From Camelus ferus (Eukaryota): 64,000 nt of DNA. Of this stretch, positions 23,600 to 36,785 are shown one piece after another. Both the position numbers and the translations under genes were made by a program. The stretch is taken from assembly GCF_009834535.1 (NCBI RefSeq), contig NC_045696.1:118918001-118982000 (forward strand), written 5' to 3'. Each line of letters begins with the position of its first letter. The stretch's first letter is position 1. The notes below the pieces were generated by a model, which saw nothing but the letters and a program-made list of their open reading frames with translations, made no database searches and was not told where the DNA came from.

Positions 23600-23904
23600 T
23601 CTATGGCAACAATCAATATCTCTTCACTTGAAGGCTTTCTCTTGTCCCAGTGAAAGAAGTTCCAGAAGTACAGAGATGTTAACACCTCCGGAAACAGCTC
23701 TCAGATAATGACAGATCAGAGTCAGAGGATACATACCCCAACTCCCTCGCCTCCTGGTTGGGATACCATGAGGCGTGTTTCTTCCCTTTTCTGTCTCATT
23801 TCCTCTCCCCTCTCTCTTTGCTTTGGGGGATTTCCTTCAGAGAAAACTCCTTGTACTCAGATTCCTTGTCTCAGGGTCTGTTCCCTGGAACTTAAACCAA
23901 GACA
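23600..23904 (+). mobile_element. ERVL LTR (LTR16-like)
   Basis: Ends TTGTACTCAGATTCCTTGTCTCAGGGTCTG...AAACCAAGACA. Confidence 0.6.
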
Positions 23905-26900
23905 ACCTTGTTCTGTGCTGTCCTGCCATGAAAATTGAACAGGGATGTTGTAGGAAAAAAATTATTTAAAAATTGTTCTTCTGGTCTTAATGAGTTTCCT
24001 CTGAGTTTGAACTCTATAAGCCAGTTCTTTTAACATCTGCACCCCTTGAGAGAGACAGAGAGACAGAGAGAGGTGAGTTAGGGGCACTTGGGGTTTACAG
24101 AGCTCTGAAGGCACGTGCCTTCTCAGAGTAAACCTCTGGGTTCTTGTTTTGTCTTCAGCCACTTCTGTGTCCTCAGACAAGTGTGGAAACTCCAGCGGCT
24201 TACTTCTTCATGAGTAAACAGAAAGCTCTGTGATTCTGACTGAGGTTTTAGATCCTGGCCTCCAAGTCATCCAGCACAGATTGGCTGACTCACAGTGAAG
24301 GCTGGACGGCAGCACTTCACGCAGCTGCCAACTTTGCATAAAGGACATAGAGGCCCAGGACACTGGGGGCAGGAAAGAGCAAAAGCACACTAGTAAACAA
24401 GGAAATCAGATGAGTAGAGATATCGGGCTGTGCAGTCAGTCTCACGCGAAAATGTTAATTTTAACTCAGCCTCCTGGATCAAGATGGAACTTGAACCCCA
24501 CAAACTACCATGTGCCCAGGGCGAAATATGTAGCCATTATGATGATTTTTTTTTCCCAAAGGACTGTCATATTATTCAATTATGCGTCTGTGATGTTTCT
24601 TTTCATCGACGTAATACTTTTAACATGCTTCATAACTTCTTGTTAGAATCAATCTCACTTTCCAGTGGCAGTGACACTGCTGAAAACCACGTCTTCCAGC
24701 CTTGCCTCGGGGGTGGCTGTTTGTGGGATCAGCTGAAACCACTCTTGCCATTTCATTAGAGGAATCTGTAAAGAGGACAAAATCCCCCAGGGAACTGGAA
24801 AATGAAAAAAATAAAGCATCCCGTGTGACTCTTCTCCCCTGAAGTTCCCTGTGACTCCTTGCCTGCCATCAGGCTTGGGCTCTAATGGTAATTTTTCCAT
24901 CTGCTTTGGCTGCAGGTAATTTGGAAACACCGACGTCATCAGACCATCTGTTCAGTCAAACCGCAGCAATGCTTCCCTCCTGAGCTGTTTCTGCCCTGAC
25001 AGGGACTGTGGGCTGTTCTCAGTAGATGCTGGCCAGAGATGAAATGGTGGTTCCTAACAGTCCCGGCCATTGCCGCAAACGGAAGGACTGAATGCTCACT
25101 CCATGTGTAAGTATTTTTTTAAGATGCAGGTGTAGACAGAGGTATTAAAACTCATGGTTAATCCCAAGACAAGGGTGAGCAGAGGGTTGGCATGTGCCTG
25201 GTCATACAACATGATCTGTCTTCTTTCTGATGATTTCCTGAGACTCAGTTTGAGCAGTCCCGTCATTCCAGCCTTGCTGAGGATTGAAAAGCTGGTCTCC
25301 AAGTGAAACTGGTCAATGCCATGCATCTCTTTCCACTTTCCATGGTGACTTTGAATCTTCTGAACAATCTGATTCCAGCGACATCGCTTCTGAGGACTCT
25401 CAACTGCTCTACGCCCAGCAGAGTGTCGGAAGTGAGTGCACAAACAGCAGCTGACACAGAGGCCGAGCCCTGCGGGGGCCGGCAGCCTGCAAGCAGAGAT
25501 AGGCCCGTAAACACAGAATGCGCGCATCTCTCTGTGACTCCGTTTCCTCGTTATTAAATGGGAGTAATTACAGTATCTGCCCTCTTGAGCTGTTTTGACG
25601 GTTGAATGTCAAGCAGAAACATAAAACGTGCTTCATAGGTGCTAGGAAAACAAACAAGCACGGAGCACTGAGGGCTCCACGAAGGGACTGCAGGGGCACG
25701 TGGGCACTGGTGCGGAAGGGGCGTGGGAGACATCACGTAGAGGATGCGGCCCACGCCCGCCCCTCGTCGGTCAGCCCACCTTGAGTCCACCTGACTTGCA
25801 AGAACTTTCTGTGGCACCAGAGTGGGTCCTACTGTGCTTGGGACAGCTGGGAAGCGCTGGGATTGACTGCCCCTGGGTGGAACCCTCAACCGGGGAGGGA
25901 CAGAGTCGGCAGATAAACACCCAGCTTCCCTCGCCCACAGCCGGCCAGTCCCACGGCACAGGGGACAGTCCCCCAGCAGCCCAGCAGGACCGAGCCCGGG
26001 TGCCCGCATCAGGGACACTTCCCTGGTTTTGCATCCTTCCCCCTCTCACACTCTCTACTTCTTTACTTGGGCAAATAAACTGTCTGCGCCCAAGTACTTG
26101 TCACCAGTTTTGCTTCTGAGGACTCTCAAACCTCAAGAAATTGGAGACGGGGAAGGCGCAGTGAGAGAAGGAAGCGGTGGGAAAGAAGTGACATTGGTGG
26201 GAGGCCTTGAAAGACAGGTAGGAGTCCAGTGGCGGGGAGGCAGGAAGGCCTGAGCCAGGAACACAGAGAGGCCAAGGAGGGGAGGCTGGTGGACATCTGG
26301 AGTCTGGAACATGCCAAGCTGGCTGCAGCCCCGGGTTCACAGAGGGCAGAGGCAGCCAGCAGCTCTGCGAGGCCATCCAGGGGCAGCTCAAGAAGAGCCC
26401 TGCCTGCGGAGGGGGTGGAAGATGAGAGCTGTTCCTTTGCTGCCCAGTGCGATCTAGCTGAGACACAGAATGCTTCTCCCAAATCGACTCCCTTGAGCCC
26501 TGCTCCCCACGGAGTCACCAGCGACACAGCACCATTAAACAGAATGTGCGTGGGGACAGGCCAATGTCGTCCTAACGGTCCCAGGATTTTAGAGGCACCT
26601 TGTCTCTTTCTTGGCTTGAACAGCCCAGCCTATGGTGGACAAATCTTTTGTCTTTTTAATCAATGACCTCTGTCATCTGTGGTCACAGGAAATAAAAATG
26701 TGTCTATTGAGTGCAGATTAATCACTGGTGCCTTTCCCCTTAGTGAGATTCATGGTTCTCATCTGAGTCCACAAGTGGACCTTGGTACCAGGCGCTCCTG
26801 GCACTGGTGTCCTCACTGTGGGGAGTCCTGCACGAGCAATGTCCTCCCCTCTGGAGGTCTTAGGAGACTCTGAGGGTCCCAAAGTAGCAGCTAACGCTCA

Positions 26901-26929
26901 ATGATTCTGTTTCCAGATTGTTCAAGGTC

Positions 26930-27446
26930 TTCCACTTTTCCACGCCCTTTAGATGCTCCTGGCTTTACTCTCATTTCCAACGAGCAGTGGGATTTGAGAG
27001 CTATCGGCTCTCCCGTGGCTGCCGTCCATGACCCGACCATATACCCTTGGACTCGCCATTATCCTGCACAACTGCCTGACTTCCAACCACCTAAGGGCTT
27101 ATTGGTGGTTGGAGCCCCCTCTGCCCAAACCCAGGAGGCACAAGCACCAGGGGAGGGAAGCCCTGCATCCACACCCCTGCAGCAGCCCTCAGCCAACAGC
27201 AAACGGAAGGTGAAGGATCAACACCCCAGCTCCCACTCCCTTAAGGTGTGACAGTTCTGAGGTGCATATACTACACTGACTCCTAGGGGTTCGATCAAGC
27301 TCTGGTTGCATTCTGTAGCTTTGAATCAGGGCCTTTCCCTTCCCCTCCCACTTTCCATTCCCCTGCCAGTGTTGTTTGGGGTCCAAATAAATGACATGCT
27401 TCCAATTCCTGGTCCCAGGATTTCATGGGGAACCCAAAATTAGACA
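26930..27446 (+). mobile_element. ERVL LTR (LTR16/33-like)
   Basis: CCAAATAAA...GGGGAACCCAAAATTAGACA terminal motif. Confidence 0.55.
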
Positions 27447-27929
27447 ACATTCACCAATCAGCTTTTCCATTTTAGTGCCAGCTCTCACAATGCTTTGCGA
27501 GGAGGAAAATTAGTGGTGTTTTGGTTTTTGTTTTTGTTTTTTAATCATTTTGCTGTTTCATTGGTTACGTTTGAGTTTCTGCTTTGTCCCCACTCCTACG
27601 GAAACTGGAGTCACCTATGTAATAAGGATGTGTTGGAGAGGTGGGTATGAACGAGGAGGGCAGAGTTCCTGCAGGACTGATGGGAACAGAGTCCCCAGAA
27701 ATGCGTACAGGGAAGCAGATCCAAGGGGAATTAGAAGCGGTTCACTGGCTAGCTGAAAAATAGCAGATAAAAGAAGGTGACAGGCAGAAATAAATAAAGA
27801 TGGATTTTCACCAAGAAAAGAACAGTCTCTCACTTATCCCTTCTCTAGAAGCAGAGCAGAAATGTTAGTTACTTTTACCTGCTGACAGAACTTCATCTTT
27901 ATTAAAGGGGTAATGTGTCCAGGCCACAA

Positions 27930-28375
27930 GGGATGAACCTTGATTGAGTTAAGTCAACTGTGACAACCCTGTTTCCTTATTACTCATCACGTGCTGCTAA
28001 AAGTTGCCATGTGACTAGTTCTAGCCCATGAGATGTAAGAAAAAGCTCACTGTGGGATTTGAGGAAGGCTTCTCTATCCTGATAAAAAGGGACAGAACAG
28101 GCTATCACTGTTTTATTATTATTTTTCATGAATTAAATGCAGATGTGATGCCTGGAACTGCAGCAGGCACCTTGTGGCCATGAGGCAACAAGCCAATATG
28201 CTAAGGATGACTGAGTGGATAGAAAAGAAAATCAGAAAGAGTTTGTTTGCATTCAGCAGTATCCTGGGCTGCTGATATATGCAACATTTATTACAGAGAA
28301 AAATAAACCTCTATTGTTTAAACAACTTATAGTTGAGTTTTCTGCTACTTGTAGCCTAGCCTAAAGCATTCCTAA
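27930..28375 (+). mobile_element. MaLR (old MLT1) LTR
   Basis: CCATGTGACTAGTTCTAGCCCATGAGATGTAAG...GATGCCTGGAACTGCAGCAG...AAATAAACCTCTATTGTTTAA. Confidence 0.75.
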
Positions 28376-28632
28376 ATCCTAAAAGTATTACCTGTCAAGT
28401 TAAATCCCCACACTCTTTAAAAAACACTAGTACATGTAACTCTGTGACAGTGACAACTAATTAGAAGTATCATTAGATCAATAACATCTTGGTTAGATAG
28501 AATTTAACTATGTTTTAAGAAGACTCGCTGATCAAAGCTCAGTTAAGCAGCAGAAAGTATGGTATTTAGTTGACTCATTAATTAGGAAGAACTAAAGGTT
28601 GAAGGACTGGTACTAGAAGTACTTAGTAACCC

Positions 28633-29820
28633 CTAAACCGTAGCAATGTTCCCTTAGGTCAGTCTCCCAAGGCAACAGCAATAAAAGCAAAAATAAATGA
28701 AGGAACCCTACTTAAACTTATAAGCTTTTGCACAGCAAAGGAAACCATAAACAAAGCAAAAAGACAACTTACTGAACTAAACAAAATATTTGCAAAGGAC
28801 ATCACTGACAAGGGCTTACTTTCCAGAATACACAAACAGCTCATACAACTCAATAACAAAAAATCAAACAACCCAATCAAAAAATGGGCAGAAGACATAA
28901 AATAGACATTTCTCCAATGACTATTTACTGAAGGCCAATAGGCACATGAAAAGATGCTCAATATTGCTACTTATCAGAGAAATACAGATCAAAACTACAA
29001 TGAGGAACCACCTCACACCAGTTAGAAAGGCCATCATTAAAAAGTCCACAAACAGAAACTGCTGGAAAGGGTGTGGAGAAAAGAGAACCCTCCTACACTG
29101 ATGGTGGGAATGTAGTTGGGTGCAGCCACTATGAAAAACAGTATGGAGATTTTTCAAAAAACTAACAATAGATTTACCGTATGATCCTGCCATCCCACTC
29201 TTGGTCATATATCCAGAGAAAACTCTAATTTGAAAAGACACCTGCACCCCAATGTTCACAGCAGCACTATTTACAATAGCCAAGACATGGAAACAACCTA
29301 AATGTCCATGGACAGATGACTGGATAAAGAAGCTGTGGTATATTTATACAAAGGAATACTACTCAGCCACAAAAAAGAATAAAATAATGCCATTTGCAGC
29401 AACATGGATGGACCTAGAGATTATCGTACTAAGTGAAATAAGTCAGAGAAAGACAAATATCATGTGATGTCACTTACATGTGGAAACTTAAAAAAATAAC
29501 AAAATGAACTTATTTACAAAACAGACATTCACAGATAGAAAACAAACTTATGGTTTCCAAAGGGGAAAGGGAGGAGGGACAAATTAGGAGTCTGGATTTG
29601 CAGGTACAAACTACTATATATAAAATAAACAACACGGACCTACTCTATAGAGCAGGGAACTATATTCAATACCTTGTAATAATCTATAATGAAAAAGAAT
29701 ATATATGTGTATATATATGTATATAAATGTATAACTTAATGACTATGCTGTGTACCCAAAACTAACACAACATTGTAAATCAACAATACTTCAATTAAAA
29801 ATTTTAAAAGTGAAAAAATA
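28633..29820 (+). mobile_element. L1 3' portion (disrupted ORF2 C-terminus plus 3' UTR)
   Basis: ORF 29252-29467 [19 protein letters not shown]...[11 protein letters not shown] is the L1 ORF2 C-terminus; degenerate TSD AGAAGT..T/CAGTAA.CC at ~28615 and 29821. Confidence 0.95.
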
Positions 29821-30090
29821 AGAAGTGGTCAGTAATCCAATATGAAAATAGTCCATTTTCAGGGAATATTCGAAGACTCTGCTGCATGTACACATACAGA
29901 AGCACGAACGTATTTTCCCTCGGTAACACACAGAGCATTCTGCACCTTGCTCTTTATGAGCTAAGAACACATCTTGGATGTTGCCCGATCTCAGTTCAGA
30001 GACGGTTTCCCCGTCCTTGTTCTTCTTACAGCTGCATGGAGCTCCCAGTGTGCAGATACCTCATGGTCTGCTCAGCCACTCTCCTGTGGG

Positions 30091-30320
30091 TGTGATGGGC
30101 TTAGCTCTGTCTCCAAAACTCATGCGTTGAAGCCTTAACCCCCCAGTACCTTAGAATGTGACTGTATCTGGAAATGGGGTCTTCAAAGAGGTGATTAAGG
30201 TTAATTGAGATCATAAGGGTGGGGCCCTAATTCAGCGGGCTGGTGTCTTTACAAGAAGAGGAAGAGACACCAAAGAGGCAAGCACACAGAGAAAGGCCAC
30301 AGTGAGGACGCAGCCGGGAT
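30091..30320 (+). mobile_element. MLT1A/B-type LTR 5' part
   Basis: GTTGAAGCCTTAACCCCCCAGTACCTTAGAATGTGACTGTATCTGGAAATGGGGTCTTCAAAGAGGTGATTAAG. Confidence 0.85.
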
Positions 30321-31020
30321 GTGAGCCTAGATGCTGCCCACCTCAAAATGCCAGCATCAAGAGGACTTTGCTTTGGGATTCCAGCCCTGTGTCTGGTAAG
30401 CCCTGGCTCGCTCCCCAGGCCACTCTTGTGACACATGCAGCTGACCAGGCTCCCAGGTTTGGCCTGGGGATGAACTGGTGAGTGCTGGCTCTCCCGCAGC
30501 CCCATGGGTGGATGAGGGAGCAGGTGTGCACGTGCGCGGTGAAGCGGGGGGACTGGCACGGCTTTGCCACAGACTATCTTCCAATCAACACTTCCTCTGC
30601 TGTTCACTGTCCCACCTCTCACATTCTCCCTACCTGGCGACTCCAGGCTTCAGCATTCCTGGGGCTCCTGGGGTTACGGGCTCCGGGCTGCACTTCGGGC
30701 TTCATCCTAGCACTGGTGGCGTCCTCCAGATGCTCACCTGTCAGTGTGTCTCACCTGTCACCGTCTGCCCTGCAGACATTCATTAACACTTCTCATGTCG
30801 CGATAAACCTGCTCCCTCTCCCCCCACTGTCTGGATCTTCTGTGTCATCCTGGCAATGGGACTTGGAGAGAGAATGGTGACACAGTTGGCCGGAGCCCCC
30901 TCATCGCGACCCAGAAACCTGCATTATTATAACATAAGGTAGAGTCAAGGGTTAGAGACGAGGGTCCTTGTCCCAGTTTCATCATCATCTACGTCATCGT
31001 GTACTCACACTCCTTTCCCT

Positions 31021-31072
31021 CCCTTACAGATCCGACATCCAAGACCCTTACAGATCCGACATCCAAGACCCT
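31021..31072. repeat. Perfect 24-bp tandem duplication
   Basis: CCCTTACAGATCCGACATCCAAGA x2 plus CCCT. Confidence 0.95.
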
Positions 31073-31994
31073 CTAGGGAACACTTTGCCATGGAGCTGAC
31101 ACCTCACAGCTGACTCTCTGAACCTCACCCATGAACTTCTTCCTGCTACCCCAACGCATCTCAAAAGAATATTTGTGTCCCTTTCCTTTCTCCAGTTGTC
31201 CAAGAACCTCCAAAGAGTTCAACAACTGGGAAGAAGATCAGAAACAAATTATTCGGTGAGGACTCTCAAAACGAGACAGAATCCTTTTGCCCCTTTCTCA
31301 CCTTAAAATCCCCTGCTAACAACCGTAGGCTCCGGCCCTCCCTCAGACCTGCCTTTCCAGGGATGGGGAGGCAGTGCAAGGGCTTACGTGAGCAGACGCC
31401 GCAGAGGGAGTGGCAGAAGCAGAGGAAACCACCGCCCCCAGAGGGGCGAGAACGCGCCCGTTCACCCGAGGAGAGGCTGGGGGGCCCAAGGACACTTACA
31501 GCACGGCGCCCGCCCTCCAGGAATCTATGGTTTCCTCAGTTAGGTTCTTCCATTCTGGAGCCAAATTGGAAAGGCGCAGTCAAATGTTTGCTGCTCTAGA
31601 TGAATGGGAGGCCGCGTGAGAATTCGCTTGGTGGAGACGGCAGCCTACAGGGGTGCAGGCTGTTACTGCCAACAAAATGCCAAAGACGGAAATGAGGGAT
31701 GTAAATCTCACAGAGAAGGAGTCTTGGAGCATCTGGCGCAGAGATGAGGGAAGGAAGCGTGCCAGCACGGCCCGCCAAGGGGACGCAGGGAGAATGGGCG
31801 TGGGGAGCCAAAGCCAGCGTCTCTGCTCACCTTGGACCATGTGCTCATCCAGAAGAGGCTTGCTGAGGCCAGGCAAGGAGACAGCACATTGACCTCACGT
31901 GGAACACTTATTTGGAGATGGGCTTCCGTTTGTGCTGGTAGTGAAAAGATTGGGATGGTTTATTTAGGTCAGTTTCAACAGTCCCCTCAGATAT

Positions 31995-32538
31995 CTCCAG
32001 CTGCATGACAAACAACCCCAAAACATAGCGGCTTAAGGAAACAGCCATTTCATTATTATATCTTACCGTTTTGTGGGCCAGGAGTTTGACTAAGACTCAG
32101 CTGGGCAATTCTCCTGTTCAATACGGCCTCAACTAAGGTGACTCTGTGATTTCAGTGGTGGTGTTCGGTTGGTGCATGAGCTGGGCTGGAGGATCCAAGA
32201 CAGCTTCAATTGTATGTCTGTTGCCATGGTGATGGGAAGAGGGCCATGTCCAGCTGAGGCCCGTGATGGGAGTGCCCATCTGTGACATCTCCGGCATGGC
32301 AGTCTCAGAGTAACTGGACTTCTTACATGGTGGCTCAGGGCCCCAGGAGAAAGTGTTCTAAGAGGCAGCAAGTGGAAGCTGCCCGTATCTAAAGGCCTGA
32401 GTGGGGAACTGGTACGGCATTACTTCTTCTGTATTCTGCACCGTCTCAGAGCTGCCCAGTACACGGGTAGGGAATACAGTCCTCACTTCTCCATAGGAAG
32501 GGTGTCAAAGACTCTGAGGCCATCTTTACTCCATCGCA
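31995..32538 (-). mobile_element. MaLR (MLT1F/G/H-type) LTR
   Basis: AAACAACCCCAAAACATAGCGGCTTAAG...GACTTCTTACATGGTGGCTCAGGGCCCC. Confidence 0.8.
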
Positions 32539-32585
32539 GCATTAAATAGGAGACCAGAGAGCAAAATGCGGCAGTATCCTACTCA

Positions 32586-32682
32586 TAAGGTGACCCACCA
32601 TTGGGTCTTCCCAGGACTTCCTGGGACTGTAAGTGCTAAAACTGGGACCATCCCAAGGAGAGGAAGTCAGCTGATCAACCCA
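32586..32682 (+). mobile_element. MER81-like hAT-Blackjack MITE
   Basis: TAAGGTGACC...AGTGCTAAAACTGGGACCATCCC...TGATCAACCCA. Confidence 0.65.
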
Positions 32683-33218
32683 CCTCCTCAGTTCATTCTT
32701 GCCACCTTGACCTTTTTGGCCGTAGCAGGTCCTCCCCATCTTTGTATGTTCTTGTTTCCTTGCAGGACATTTGTGTTCATGTGGATTGTGGTTCCAGGAA
32801 CCAGCTTTCTGAAGGTGAGGGTGGAAAATATACAGGGATTCTTCACAAGTAAGGAGAAAAAGATACACAATGGTAGAAAGTGGTAGTTAAGAAAGAAATG
32901 CTCTGAGCTGCCTTTCCCACAAGTCCCAGTCAGAGCTCATTCTTATCATCCTAATTGTATTTAGTCATAGCTTTTATTTTGTTTGCTTTTCCATTAACCC
33001 CTCCTTAGCCAAGTGCCCAGGGCTGGATGAGTATCTCAGGGTAGCAGACAGAGCTGGAAGCACAGGTTCAAGTTCCTCCTTGGTCACATCCACTATAATG
33101 TGACTTTGAGCACATCCCTGGACCTCTTTCAGTCCTGGTTCCCTCACCTCAAAAGCAAGAATGATTTTGCCTGATTTTCTGATGGTCAGTGTACAGAGCA
33201 AATAGAAAATCACATTTA

Positions 33219-33543
33219 AAAAAGAAAGAAAGAAAAAAGAAGACACTAATGAACTTATATACAAAACAGAAACAGACTCACAGTCATGGTAAATTTATGG
33301 TTACCGTGGGGAAGGGAGTGGGAAGGGATAAATTGCGAGTTTCAGATTTGCAGATACTAACTACTGTATATAAATTAGATAAACTACAAGTTTCTACTGG
33401 ATAGCACAGGGAACTATATTCAATATCTTATAGTAACCTATAATGAAAAAGAACATACGCATGTATGTGTATGACAGAAACATGATGCTGCACACCAGAA
33501 GTTGACACATTGTAACTGACTATACTTCAATTAAAAAAAAGAA
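33219..33543 (+). mobile_element. Young L1 3' end
   Basis: GAAGACACTAATGAACTT...GACTATACTTCAATTAAAA; TSD AGAAAATCA(CA/TG)TTTA at 33204-33218 and 33544-33558. Confidence 0.9.
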
Positions 33544-33554
33544 AGAAAATCATG

Positions 33555-34090
33555 TTTATTCAACATTTTTATCAATGACTTGGATGTGAGCCCTGACTGC
33601 GTAACAGAAATTTTTAGCCCATATGCAACTTTGGAGAGAGAGCTAATACACCAGATAGCGCTCAGTATCCAAAAAGATTTAACAGGCTGGAATGATGAGA
33701 TAAACTTAATAAGATGAAGTTTAGCAGAGAAAATTTAAAATTTTGAACTTTGGCCTAAAAAATCCTGACTCAAGTCGAGAATGAGGAGCAGGGATTAGCA
33801 GCACCACCACGTAGGCAATTACTCGGGAGTGTTAGCTGCCCGCGGGCTGGGGGTGAGTCAGCAGCGCCACGTGGCTGTGAGACATAAAAGCCGCCTGAAC
33901 CGAGTCCAGGTCCGCTTGAGAAGGATGCTCATCTTTTCCTGAACTGAAATGGAGGAACCACATCTGGCGCAGCTATTGATTTATTTGGGACCCCAGCACT
34001 TCAAAAGGGTCAAAAAACAACTAAAGCTCATTCAGAGAATGTACGAGAACCCCAGACTGGGAATGGTTACCCTAAGGGACCAAAAACCCC
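33555..34090 (+). mobile_element. L3/CR1 LINE RT-region relic
   Basis: TTCAACATTTTTATCAATGACTTGGAT = FNIFINDLD; IQKDL, MKF and SQQ motifs follow; CR1/MIR3-type tail TGAAATTCTATGA at ~35220. Confidence 0.75.
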
Positions 34091-34324
34091 CGGAGGACTA
34101 AATAGATTTTCTTAGTGCGTTGGAATTAATGGACCACCCAAAGCACAGAGAATTAAGGCAAAAGCATAAGACTCCCAGGGAAATAGGCTTTACTGATAAC
34201 AAAGGAATGCTGCCTACTACAGAACTGCGTCCATGACATTGCCTGTGACAGGGCTTTCTTCGGGGCAGGGTGTAGAAGGATAACCACTGGGCGCTTGGGA
34301 AGGTGTATTTTCCAAGGACAGTTA

Positions 34325-34840
34325 AGCTGATACACATTTCATTCCGTATGTTCTCGCAAGTGATGCTGTCACTCCTCCACCGGGGATGGGGGCCTGTATG
34401 CTCTCCCCCGAAGGCAGGCAGATCTTTGTAACTATCTTGACCAGTGGAGAAGCTAATCTGATGTGACTTCTGAGGGTGGGTCATAAAACGTATCCATCTC
34501 CTGCCTGCCTGTCTCTCCGTTGGTGCTCTCGCCCTGGGAACCCCGTCGCGGTGCTGCGAGAAAGCCACGCAGCCACATAGGAAGGCCACAGGCAGATGTC
34601 CTAGCAATTTCCTAGCTCTTTAAGTCTCCTCTGCCAGTAGCCAGCCTCAACCGCTACACGAGTGAGTGAGTGAGCCTTGAGATGAATCCTTCTCCCTTCC
34701 TTTGAGACTTTTCAGCTAAGGCTCCAGACTTGGTATGTGCCGTCTGAATTCCTGACCCTGGGAATCCATGAGCACACTGGTGGTGTTTATGTTACTGTAC
34801 TTTGGGAAGATTTGTTATAGCAGCCAAAGTAACTGTAACC
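34325..34840 (+). mobile_element. MaLR (MLT1G/H-type) LTR
   Basis: TGTGACTTCTGAGGGTGGGTCATAAAA...TTTGTTATAGCAGCCAAAGTAACTGTAAC. Confidence 0.75.
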
Positions 34841-36039
34841 AAGGGGTCCTACTCAAGGACTCCTGTGGTCCCCCAGTCAGGAGGAAGGGAGAGGGTTCTC
34901 TGTGATGGGTTGGACTGGAAGGGTTGGGCTAGAGGGTTTTTAGAGATATGCAAGGGTGTTGAGAGAGTGAAGAACAAGGTATTGAACAGATGGGAGCAGG
35001 GGATCCAAGGACTAAAGCTGAGAACTGGGGACTCTAGGCATGTAGTAAGCAGGCATCTACTTTACCAAGGTTTGCTCTGCAGCAGAGTGGCTCCAGATGA
35101 GGGAAGCGGAGGGGCTGTCTTAGAAGGCGGTGTGGGGGGATCAGCATGAGCTGCAGAGAGGACGTGGACATCAGATGGGTGGCTGGATTAGAGGACAACC
35201 TTTAATGTTCCTTTCAATCCTGAAATTCTATGAAGTTCTTAGGAAAGTGTATAAACCCTCTGCAGATGTATGGATGTATTATTAATGCATACACTATGGG
35301 CCCGATCAGAAGAGGTTCATACAAATTGGTGGGTTGCTCAACGTCGAGGCAGGAAGCTAAATTATTCTAATGGGGTTCTTAGAGGCAAAACTCGTGGGGC
35401 AACAAAAGGTCCCATTACTCCATCCACCCTGCTCTAATCTTCAGTCACACGTTAAATTTCCAGCCTCAAGGCATCAGCTCCTAGCAAAGATGAAGGGAAA
35501 GTGACGAAGAAGAAAGAAATCCACGCAGAAGCAGGCGACACCACAGCCCTTGTAATCCTGACTCCTGGAGCCACGTTTGTGAACAAATTACATATTGTTG
35601 GAGAATGGGGGTAAAGGCAACCAGCCCACAGTCCCTGCTCCTGCCCAAGGTCTCCAGATAGTTAACAGGATCTCCACAGATCCATTTAGTGCAATCACTT
35701 TTTTTTTTTTTTTTTTTTGGTCAACTGAACTGACTTTTAACTTCTAAAGGGCAGAGATCGGATATCTTCATGTCCCCAGTGATCAGCATACTACCTGAAA
35801 GGGAAAAGGAACTCCGTAATTGTCTGATGAATGGGCAGATAGAGGGAATGGCTGACTGCCTGGCTGGCCAACTGGCTGGAGAGATGGACTGATGGATGGA
35901 TGGATGGATTGGATATCTAAAGGCTTGCGTACAGAGAAATCTGGACTTTTACCAGTGGTCACCTCCGGATCTACTTCTCCTCCCTACAATTGCTCTATAA
36001 ACTACCATGGAGGCCTAGGCTCAGTCCTCTACCCTTGCA

Positions 36040-36400
36040 GCACATTGTTCATTTACTTCATAAATATTTACTGAGGCCCCCAGCCCCTGTGCGAGGCACT
36101 GGGGACAAGGATATAAGCACGTTGTGACCATGGCTTCTCATAATCCAATAAGTGATCACATGCTATTTGATATGGGCACTGAAGCAGGAAAAACAGGGCC
36201 CTGTGGGAACATGATACAAGCAGATACCTCCATCTCCGGAAGCTCGGGGAAGGTTTCCCATAGGATGTGACGTGGAGTGGGGAGTGGGAGTCAGGCAAAA
36301 TGAATGGGGGTGAGTATTCCTGGCAGGAAAAAAGAGCATATTCAAAAGTCCAGACACAAGCTAAAGCTAAAAGAGTTTCAGAAACCAAAAGACTTTGTGT
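36040..36400 (-). mobile_element. L2 LINE 3' fragment
   Basis: TTCATAAATATTTACTGAGGCCCC...GAGGCACTGGGGACA; a plus-strand L2 tail with (TGGA)n lies at ~35740-35910. Confidence 0.65.
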
Positions 36401-36785
36401 GGGGCCGTCTCTGGAGCCATCAACAAGTGTCAAAACTCCGTGCAAGATCCCTTTTTATTAGAACTGAAAAAAAAAAAAAAGACTATTAGCTGAAAAGCCC
36501 CTTTGCTGTCCTGGAAGAGCCAAATTATAAGCCCCTGGCCAGGTAGGACTGTATTTTTCTAACCTTGCTGGCCACAGAGGATTAGCTTTCTGGCACAAAG
36601 AAGGAACGCAGTGCCTGCTGCACACTGGAAACTTCCCTTCACACATGAGCAAGTTCCAGTTTTCTGCTGGGAGACCCCGTGCCCTGGGGTGGCCTGACTG
36701 AAGGGAATGCTCCTGTGTCTTGAGTATTAGGGCAACTCTGTGTAAGCCTTCCGCTGTCTCTAATGAGTGCATATCTACATGGCTT

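Noticed and set aside
25554..26666. Cluster of overlapping 120-154 aa ORFs
   Set aside because: GC-rich, stop-poor sequence over MIR/L2 relics; open on both strands with low-complexity translations.
31425..31460. CTCF-like motif CCCCCAGAGGGGCG
   Set aside because: Mismatches at core positions relative to CCASYAGRKGGCRS; not supportable without a PWM scan.
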